Below are positions 57,043 to 64,000 of a DNA stretch of 64,000 nucleotides, one piece after another. The stretch is from assembly GCA_040772485.1 (NCBI GenBank), contig JAXGYC010000007.1, forward strand, positions 288,001 through 352,000. Direction: 5' to 3'. Positions within the stretch are counted from its first letter, which is position 1, and each line of letters opens with the position of its first letter. Source of the DNA: Sedimentisphaerales bacterium (GTDB lineage Bacteria > Planctomycetota > Phycisphaerae > Sedimentisphaerales > Anaerobacaceae). The notes beneath the pieces are model-generated. The model did not search any database. It was not told the origin of the DNA and was given only the letters and a program-made list of their open reading frames with translations. The position numbers and the translations under genes were made by a program.

Positions 57043-58515
57043 CTACACATGTTCCGGCACAGCGAACGGTCTGCGATATAGACGCGTCAGCAGGAGGTCG
57101 GCCTGAGGATTTCCTACGAACTTCTCCGTCGGCGGATTGAACGTCAGCATGGGCCCGAGCTGGTACGTGGCCTTTTCGACATCGAGACCTATGGCGCCCT
57201 TCACCGTCGTCAGGACCCTGTCCCATGACCGCGTGATTTCCTCATGCTTGTCAAGCACGCTGGGCCTGGTCGTGCCTGCGACTTGCTCACCGAGGCGATA
57301 GGAAATGTTGCCCAGATGGCAGCAGGCGCTCGACAGATGCGCTGCTTCGATGTCCGCATTGAGGTCTTCGACCTTTCGGCTGCGCATGGCGCGAATGAAA
57401 TTCCCGAAATGATCGGTGTCCATCTCGAAGTCGGGAACCTCCAGCTCTTCAGGCGTTTCCGAGCCTTTCGGGTAGAACTTGCCGCCCCGGATCGTTCCGG
57501 CCTCCAGGTAGAACTCGTTGCCGACATTGCTTGGATACTTCTTGCCGTCGGCGCCCTCGCGGTCCACCAGACCGATCACCTCAAACACCAGCAGCGGCCC
57601 GCCGAAGTCCATAATCGTCAACTGGCAGTTGGGCGTCTGGGCCTGATCGGTGAAAGGCGGATGGCCCTCCGCCGAATTCACCCAGCGGCCGCCCATACTG
57701 ATCACGCTCCTGGGAAGGGTCGAACCGGGAATCGCCCAGCGTGCGATGTCCATCTGGTGCACACCCTGGTTGCCGATCTCGCCGTTGCCAAACTCCCAGA
57801 ACCAGTGCCAGTTGTAGTGTACGAGGTTTTCGTGGTACGCCTGCTCCTGCGCGGGGCCCAGCCAGAGATTGTAGTCCAGATTCTCCGGCGGCTCCTGGAT
57901 CGGTTTGAAGCCGATGCTCCAGCGGCCGGTGGCCGAGCCCTTGGAGGCCGCCCCCTTGGAGACCAGCAACTTGCCGTACTGGCCGCTCGCGATGGCGGCC
58001 ACCTGTCGCGCCCAACCCTTGCTGGATCGGCTTTGCGTGCCGTGCTGAACGATGCGCTTGTATTTGCGGGCGGCCTCCACGCATTTGCGTCCCTCGAAGA
58101 TGTTGTGGCTGCACGGCTTCTCCACATACACGTCCTTGCCCGCCTGGCAAGCCCAGATCGTGCCCAGCGAGTGCCAGTGGTTGGGCGTGGCGATCGAGAT
58201 CGCGTCGATATTCCTGTCTTCGAGCAGGTGGCGGATATCGACGTACGTGTCCACCTTGTGGCCATACTTCGTCTCAAATGCGGCGGCTTTGTTCTCCAAC
58301 ACCTTGCGATCCACATCGCAGAAGGCCGCGACCTGCACGCCATCCATCGCCTCGAACGCGCTGATGTGGGAACCACCGCGGCCGTTGATCCCGATGACCG
58401 CGATTCGGATTTCATCGTTGGCGCCGCGCGCCTTCGAGAACGGACTGGCCAGCGCCAGACCGACCCCTGCTGCCATGGAACTTTTCACGAACTGTCTGCG
58501 CGTCATTCGTTGCAT
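57043..58515 (-). CDS. Tat-exported Gfo/Idh/MocA oxidoreductase
   Basis: TRRQF signal, IATPNHWH, GKDVYVEKP, NWHWFW and GNQGVH. Confidence 0.9.
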   Translation of the reverse strand: MQRMTRRQFVKSSMAAGVGLALASPFSKARGANDEIRIAVIGINGRGGSHISAFEAMDGVQVAAFCDVDRKVLENKAAAFETKYGHKVDTYVDIRHLLEDRNIDAISIATPNHWHSLGTIWACQAGKDVYVEKPCSHNIFEGRKCVEAARKYKRIVQHGTQSRSSKGWARQVAAIASGQYGKLLVSKGAASKGSATGRWSIGFKPIQEPPENLDYNLWLGPAQEQAYHENLVHYNWHWFWEFGNGEIGNQGVHQMDIARWAIPGSTLPRSVISMGGRWVNSAEGHPPFTDQAQTPNCQLTIMDFGGPLLVFEVIGLVDREGADGKKYPSNVGNEFYLEAGTIRGGKFYPKGSETPEELEVPDFEMDTDHFGNFIRAMRSRKVEDLNADIEAAHLSSACCHLGNISYRLGEQVAGTTRPSVLDKHEEITRSWDRVLTTVKGAIGLDVEKATYQLGPMLTFNPPTEKFVGNPQADLLLTRLYRRPFAVPEHV

Positions 58516-58723
58516 GTCCGGCCTCCTTCTGCTGGGGTGGAAAACGACAGCACGCCTGAATGCACATGAGTGCGAGCATGCTGGTCTGCGGTGTGCTGCA
58601 TAAATCTCACGGCTGTCCTGTCACGAGAGTCGCGATGAACGGTCTCGTATAGGCTAACCGGACAATCCGGGAGCCGCAAGCGCAAATCCCGCCAGATTCT
58701 CCGTGCAATCCAGTCCGTGAATG

Positions 58724-59617
58724 TCAGTCGGCTGCGATGCCCGCGGCGCGCTTCGCGGACAAGACGGTATTGTACATCAGCATGGTGATGGTCATCGGGC
58801 CGACGCCGCCGGGCACCGGGGTGATCAGCGAGGCCTTTTCCTTGACCGCCTCGAAATCCACGTCGCCGACGAGCCGGTAGCCCTGCTTCCTGCTGGCGTC
58901 CTCGACACGATTGACGCCGACGTCGATCACGACGGCGCCGTCCTTGACCATGTCAGCAGTGATGGTGTTTGGCCGCCCGGCCGCCGCCACGAGGATATCG
59001 GCCTGTCGCGTGTGCCAGGCGAGGTCCTTCGTCCGCGTGTGGCAGACGGTGACGGTTGCGTTGCCGGTGGGACTCTTCTGGATCAGCATGTTGGCCAGCG
59101 GCTTGCCGACGATGTTGCTGCGACCGACGATCACAACGTGTGAGCCTTCGATCTTCACGCCGCTTCGAATCAGCAGGTGCAGAACACCATGCGGCGTACA
59201 CGACAGGAACGCTTTTTCGCCCACCACCATCTTGCCCACGCTGACCGGATGGAACCCGTCAACGTCCTTTTCCGCATCGATCGCGAAGAGAACCTCCGAT
59301 TCGTTCATGTGCCTGGGCAGCGGCAACTGGACCAGAATACCGTTGATCCTGGGATCGGCGTTCATTCCGGCAACCAACCGCATCAACTCCGCCTGGGACG
59401 TCTCTTCAGGCAGGTGGTGGTGGTCGGAATAGATGCCCAGCTCGGCGCAGGTGCGTTCCTTGCCCGTCACATAGGAAACCGACGCCGGATCGTCGCCGAC
59501 CAGGATCACGCCCAGACCGGGCACGATGCCTCTGGCCTTGAGCCTCGCGACCTCCGCTTTGAGTTCGGCCCGCATGTCGGCCGCCACCTGCTTGCCATCA
59601 ATGATCCGTGCAGTCAT
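58724..59617 (-). CDS. folD: Methylenetetrahydrofolate dehydrogenase/cyclohydrolase
   Basis: IIDGK, GILVQLPLP, KDVDGFHP, GRSNIVGKP and TPVPGGVGPMT. Confidence 0.97.
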   Translation of the reverse strand: MTARIIDGKQVAADMRAELKAEVARLKARGIVPGLGVILVGDDPASVSYVTGKERTCAELGIYSDHHHLPEETSQAELMRLVAGMNADPRINGILVQLPLPRHMNESEVLFAIDAEKDVDGFHPVSVGKMVVGEKAFLSCTPHGVLHLLIRSGVKIEGSHVVIVGRSNIVGKPLANMLIQKSPTGNATVTVCHTRTKDLAWHTRQADILVAAAGRPNTITADMVKDGAVVIDVGVNRVEDASRKQGYRLVGDVDFEAVKEKASLITPVPGGVGPMTITMLMYNTVLSAKRAAGIAAD

Positions 59618-59623
59618 TTCTTT

Positions 59624-59711
59624 CCATTTTCGATTTACGATTTGCGATTCGGCGACACCGTGTCCTTCGTCGCATCCAAATAGTAAACCGTCAATCGCCA
59701 ATCGTCAATCA
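59624..59711. repeat. Inverted arrays of degenerate heptamers flanking a short hairpin
   Basis: CCATTTT CGATTTA CGATTTG CGATTCG ... CAAATAG TAAACCG TCAATCG CCAATCG TCAATCA. Confidence 0.7.
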
Positions 59712-61472
59712 GAACAGGCCTCGCACTTTGCCTGTGTCGACGTCGACATCGATGCGGCGGAAGGCGGGATTGGAACCGGTGCCGGGCATCAGCCGGATCG
59801 AGCCGGCCACGGGGACGACGAAACCTGCCCCTTTGAACACGAGGATGTCACTGATCGGCAGCACCCAGCCCGTCGGACGCCCTTTACGCTCGGGATCGTG
59901 CGACAGGCTCAGTTGCGTCTTGGCCATGCAGGTGCCCAGTCGCGTGCCAAGGGACTGTGCTTCGAGCCGCTTGGCCTTGGCCAGCGCGTCATCGGTGTAG
60001 GTCACACCGTCCGCTCCGTAGACCTCCTTGGCGATCAGCTCGATACGTTGTCTCAGAGGCATTTTCAGGTCGTAGAGGAACTCAAAATCGTTCGGTTCGT
60101 TGCACGTCTCGATCACCACCTCGGCCAGTTCGACGGCTCCGGGCCCGCCCTTAAGCCAGTGCTCGGAACAGACGGCCCGCGCCCCGGCGGCCTCGGCGAC
60201 CCGGCGGACCAAGGCAATCTCCGCCGGCGAATCGGTGTGGAAGCTGTTGACGCAGACGATGGGCCGCACGCCGCTCTTCTTGATGATGTCAATGTGCGCC
60301 AGCAGATTGGCGCAGCCGGCTTCGACCAATCCGAGGTTCTCCGTGAGATACTCATGGCTCAGGGGCATACCGGGCTTGACCGCAGGCCCTCCGCCGTGCA
60401 TCTTGAGCGCGCGAATCGTGGCGACAAGCACCACGGCATCCGGCGCCAGCCCTGACATGCGACACTTGAGATTCCAGAACTTCTCGAAACCGATGTCGGC
60501 GCCGAACCCACTCTCCGTAATGTGGTACTCCGCCAGCCTGGTGCCCAGGCGGTCGGCAATGATGGAACTCTGGCCGATGGCGATGTTGGCGAACGGTCCG
60601 GCGTGAATAAAGACAGGCTGGCCTTCGAGAGTTTGCACCAGATTGGGGTTGATCGCGTCGATCAGCCAGGCGGTCATGGCGCCGTCCACCTCCAGATCCC
60701 TCGTGGTGACCTCGTGACCCTGCTTGTCATAGGCCACGACCATATGAGCAATCCGTTCTCGCAGGTCGCGCAGATCTGCCGCCACCGACAGAATCGCCAT
60801 GACCTCGCTGGCGACGGTCATCTGGAAGCCCGAGTCCATCTCGAAGCCATCCATCTTGGCGCCGCGGCCGATGCGGATGTTGCGGAGGCTCTGGGCGCAG
60901 AAGTCCATCGCCCAGCCAATCTGGATGCGATTCGGATCGACATCCAGACGCCTCAGGCCGCTCTGCGTCAGGCGGGCATCGTCGTAGTTCCGCTCGTGCT
61001 GCATCCGCGCGGTCAGAGCGACCATCGCCAGATTGTGGGCGTTGGTCACACAGTCGATGTCGCCGGTGAAGCGAATCGAGATGGGCGTCAGCGGAATGCA
61101 CTGGGCCAGGCCGCCGCCCGCGGCCGAACCCTTGATGTTGAACGTCGGCGCGCTGCTGGGCTGCCGAATCGCCCCGCAAACGCGTTTGCCCAGCACGCCA
61201 AGCCCCTGAATCAGGCCCAGCGTCGTGGTCGTCTTGCCCTCCCCCAGGGGCGTGGGCGTGATGGCCGTCACGTCAACGTATTTGGCACGGGGTGAATCGT
61301 TCAGACGATCCAGAACCCTGGCGTAATCCACCTTGGCGAGCTTGGCGCCGTGGGGAATCAACTCGTTGTCGCGCAGGCCCAGCTCGGATGCCAGCCGCCT
61401 GATCGGTTTGGCCCGATCTTCGGCTGCGTCCGCGATCTGCCAGTCCTGCATCCTTCGCGGGTCGAGATTCAT
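59709..61472 (-). CDS. fhs: Formate--tetrahydrofolate ligase
   Basis: [44 protein letters not shown] and [10 protein letters not shown]. Confidence 0.97.
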   Translation of the reverse strand: MNLDPRRMQDWQIADAAEDRAKPIRRLASELGLRDNELIPHGAKLAKVDYARVLDRLNDSPRAKYVDVTAITPTPLGEGKTTTTLGLIQGLGVLGKRVCGAIRQPSSAPTFNIKGSAAGGGLAQCIPLTPISIRFTGDIDCVTNAHNLAMVALTARMQHERNYDDARLTQSGLRRLDVDPNRIQIGWAMDFCAQSLRNIRIGRGAKMDGFEMDSGFQMTVASEVMAILSVAADLRDLRERIAHMVVAYDKQGHEVTTRDLEVDGAMTAWLIDAINPNLVQTLEGQPVFIHAGPFANIAIGQSSIIADRLGTRLAEYHITESGFGADIGFEKFWNLKCRMSGLAPDAVVLVATIRALKMHGGGPAVKPGMPLSHEYLTENLGLVEAGCANLLAHIDIIKKSGVRPIVCVNSFHTDSPAEIALVRRVAEAAGARAVCSEHWLKGGPGAVELAEVVIETCNEPNDFEFLYDLKMPLRQRIELIAKEVYGADGVTYTDDALAKAKRLEAQSLGTRLGTCMAKTQLSLSHDPERKGRPTGWVLPISDILVFKGAGFVVPVAGSIRLMPGTGSNPAFRRIDVDVDTGKVRGLF

Positions 61473-61683
61473 AGCTGCCAGTCAGGATCCCGTATCGCAT
61501 ATGCCTGCCCTTCTACTGGGGCTCAGTCTGCATATTATACCCGAAAACCGGTAAAATGGGTAATATCACAAAGCTGATCTTTATAACTATCTTGCTATCT
61601 GTCCGCGTAACGAGCAGAAAAAGGCCTTTCCCAGGCTCGACAGCCGGCGACGTCTCTCTCTGCGGAGACGTGCCTTCAAGGCC

Positions 61684-62976
61684 TCAGAGGACTATCTGCT
61701 CCCGGGCAGGATCAAAGCGGGCGACCTTGCCTTCCTTCCACGCAAGCATAGCCATTTGGAGGGCCGTCTGGACATGGTAGGCCAAATCCATTGGACTGGC
61801 GGTCTTCGTCGTTCGCGACCGGCAGCAGGTCAGGAAGTCGCGCCAATACTCGACGAAATCCTCGCCGTGGTCAATGGGCACCCGCTGTGGCTGCTTCTTG
61901 GACTCCTGAGCCGGCGTGAAGACGATATCGTTGCCCTGGATGGTGAGGGTGCCCTCCCAGCCTCGAACGATCGGAATCCGGCCGGGCGCCCCGCGAAAGC
62001 CCGTTCCCGTGTAGTCGTTGCCCTGCGTGCCCAGAACCGCCACGGTAATCGCTTCGGGGTAGTCAATCAGGATGTTGAATGTGTCGGGAATCTCGCGTTC
62101 ATCGTAGCGGAACTTGCCGCCTGTGGCGACGACAGTGCTCGGCATGGTCACGCCCAGCATGTGAATGACAGGCGTGAGGCTGTGCGGGAACAGGTCGGTG
62201 CTCGGTCCGCCCGCGTAGTCCTCGTACATCCGCCAGCGGAAGAACCGGCTGACGTCGAAGGGCTTCTTCGGAGCGTCGCCGAGAAAGGCGTCCCAGTTCA
62301 GGTCCGCTCCTGGCCTGGCGTTGGGGTCATCGATAGGCATGCCGCGTTCGCCCCAGTCGCCGACGCGGAAATAGCCACACTCGGCGTGGATCGGTTTGCC
62401 GATAAGCCCGTCCTCGATCAGCTTTCGCATTTGATGCCAGGCGCTGTCGCGCATTCCCTGGCTGCCCAACTGGAAGACGCGGCCCGACTTGCGGACTTCT
62501 TCCGCCAGCCGCTTGGTCAGCTCGAACTGACGCCAGTGCGTGACGGGCTTTTCGCAGTAGACGTCCTTGCCCGCTTTGACGGCGTCGATCGCCTGGTACC
62601 CATGCACGTGGTCCGGCGTCGCAATGCAGACCACGTCTACATTCGGATCGGCCAGCAGCTCGCGATGGTCCATGTAGGCCTTGCCCCCGTAGCCTTCGAC
62701 GCGATGCTTCAGGCGAGGCCGATACGCATCGCAAGCCGCGACGATCTCCACCGCTTCGTTGCCCTGCGTCTTGAGCCAGTGCACCGCCTGAAAGTGCGCC
62801 CCGCTTCGTCCGCCGCAACCGATGAACCCCACACCAATCCGATCGTTAGCGCCTCTGGCGGTCGAGGGGATGAACGATGCGGTCGCCACCCCAGCCGCCG
62901 CGATGCCGCCTGCTTCTCGCAGGAACCGCCGACGGCTAAACCGGCCTCTTTCAATCGAGTCCGTCCTATTTTTCAT
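61684..62976 (-). CDS. Tat-exported Gfo/Idh/MocA oxidoreductase
   Basis: SRRRFL signal, GCGGR, IATPDHVH and KDVYCEKP. Confidence 0.9.
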   Translation of the reverse strand: MKNRTDSIERGRFSRRRFLREAGGIAAAGVATASFIPSTARGANDRIGVGFIGCGGRSGAHFQAVHWLKTQGNEAVEIVAACDAYRPRLKHRVEGYGGKAYMDHRELLADPNVDVVCIATPDHVHGYQAIDAVKAGKDVYCEKPVTHWRQFELTKRLAEEVRKSGRVFQLGSQGMRDSAWHQMRKLIEDGLIGKPIHAECGYFRVGDWGERGMPIDDPNARPGADLNWDAFLGDAPKKPFDVSRFFRWRMYEDYAGGPSTDLFPHSLTPVIHMLGVTMPSTVVATGGKFRYDEREIPDTFNILIDYPEAITVAVLGTQGNDYTGTGFRGAPGRIPIVRGWEGTLTIQGNDIVFTPAQESKKQPQRVPIDHGEDFVEYWRDFLTCCRSRTTKTASPMDLAYHVQTALQMAMLAWKEGKVARFDPAREQIVL

Positions 62977-63952
62977 CTCGTTCTGCTCCTTCCATTGGGT
63001 TGGACGCCTGAGAATCGCTACTCTTGAACCACTGGTAGGCTTGATCGATCTGATCCCGATCTGCTTTGCCATCCCACGCCACGATCGCATAGCGCAACAC
63101 GAGTTTGTCTCCCGTATCCAACAAGAGAGGTTCTTCGTGCAGATTCAGCGTCGCCGACATATAGGCGAAGGGCTTGGCCATCATGAACCATGTCGTCGCA
63201 TGGCGAGGGTTGCCCGGGTCTCCCAGCATGGCCACCGTGACGGGCTGGCCATCGACGGCCGCCGTGTAAGCACACCAATCTGAGCGGACGAGCCGCTCTT
63301 CACCCCGGAAGATAGTCCCTTCCTTGCCGTCGGCATTGAAGAACTCGCCCCCGTCCATAGCGTGGACGAACCTCATGCCGAGGCCAAAATAGTGTGATCC
63401 GGAGAGGGTCGCGGTGCGTCGGGGTCTTGGGTTGGTCAACTCACTTCGCCAGGTGACCACCGTGGCCCGTGATTCATCAATGCCATAGACTCTGATGAAT
63501 CGCGATTCGTGCAACTCGGTCCAACGACTGGTCGGGCTCACCCTAGCCCAAGACAAGCCCGTGAAGAAACCTATGCAAGGCTCGCTCTGATCCTTGTTGT
63601 GACTGATGGTCACAAGGCCACTCGACTCCTGCCGGCCAGCCGTGGGAGTCTCCTCCCAGAAATTCAGGTCGTTGACGGCTACCGCGAACATCAAACCGTG
63701 GTGGTGAAGATGATCATGCGGCGCGTCGAGCAGGACGTTCAGCCCCCCGGGCGTGACGAGCTTGCTGACGTAGGGTTTGAACGGGACGTCGTCATACCGA
63801 TATTCGAGCACCTCGGCGGCGCCTGCCAGGACCGAAATGCGGTTGGCATCAACAACGGTCCGCAACGGCTCGGCCATGACAACGTTTGAAGGGATACTCA
63901 GCCCAATCAGTATGGCACAGGCGACGCCCGCTGAAATGCTCTGGCTGCGCAT
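62966..63952 (-). CDS. Secreted DUF6807/'PmoA-like' beta-sandwich protein
   Basis: Signal peptide, KPY...TPGG, PHDHLHHHGL.FA, NFWEE and HY.GLG.R; overlaps the downstream oxidoreductase. Confidence 0.7.
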   Translation of the reverse strand: MRSQSISAGVACAILIGLSIPSNVVMAEPLRTVVDANRISVLAGAAEVLEYRYDDVPFKPYVSKLVTPGGLNVLLDAPHDHLHHHGLMFAVAVNDLNFWEETPTAGRQESSGLVTISHNKDQSEPCIGFFTGLSWARVSPTSRWTELHESRFIRVYGIDESRATVVTWRSELTNPRPRRTATLSGSHYFGLGMRFVHAMDGGEFFNADGKEGTIFRGEERLVRSDWCAYTAAVDGQPVTVAMLGDPGNPRHATTWFMMAKPFAYMSATLNLHEEPLLLDTGDKLVLRYAIVAWDGKADRDQIDQAYQWFKSSDSQASNPMEGAERDEK

Positions 63953-64000
63953 AGCTCGGCCCTCTCGCTCTCCTAGACGAATTGCTTGAGATGCTTGATG

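Noticed and set aside
62966..63952. Methane monooxygenase subunit
   Set aside because: It is a soluble secreted protein without the multi-TM pattern of true PmoA, and no pmoB or pmoC is present.
1..64000. tRNA or rRNA genes
   Set aside because: None was recognised by eye; a tRNAscan-SE/Infernal run would be needed to exclude small RNAs.

Overview
GC-rich bacterial chromosome segment. The gene content (dockerin-like/lamin-tail/CotH secreted proteins, Tat-exported Gfo/Idh/MocA oxidoreductases, many glycoside hydrolases) suggests a planctomycete of the Phycisphaerae type; this is inference only. From left to right it holds: the end of a protein with a Cys-containing C-terminal sorting signal; a CAAX-type intramembrane protease; a type II secretion operon (gspC,D,E,F,G,I,J,K,L,M); a Zn-peptidase plus Ddl-like ATP-grasp pair; a small Cys-rich/poly-acidic protein; a cold-shock gene; three glycoside hydrolases; sppA; and miaB. 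The most notable feature is a 9,600-bp integrated element (25089-34724) bounded by 36-bp direct repeats inside the 5' end of miaB. It supplies miaB with a replacement N-terminus and promoter. It encodes two tyrosine recombinases, a scaffold and a major capsid protein that share a conserved N-terminal leader (P[K/R]GF[R/K]FHE), an HK97-gp10-like protein, an HTH protein, a clamp-loader-clade AAA+ ATPase, a Csp, a TIGR02391/HEPN-like protein and an 11x GPGGG-repeat protein. I could not recognise a terminase, portal, tail, primase or lysis gene, so it looks like a capsid-encoding phage satellite or a reduced prophage. The right part holds a B12 radical SAM gene, secreted CotH/lamin-tail proteins, an LpxL-like acyltransferase, a large beta-helix protein, a double FAD oxidoreductase, a seven-gene amino-sugar/sugar catabolic operon, folD, fhs and two Gfo/Idh/MocA genes. 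All family assignments come from motif recognition by eye; no database searches were run.
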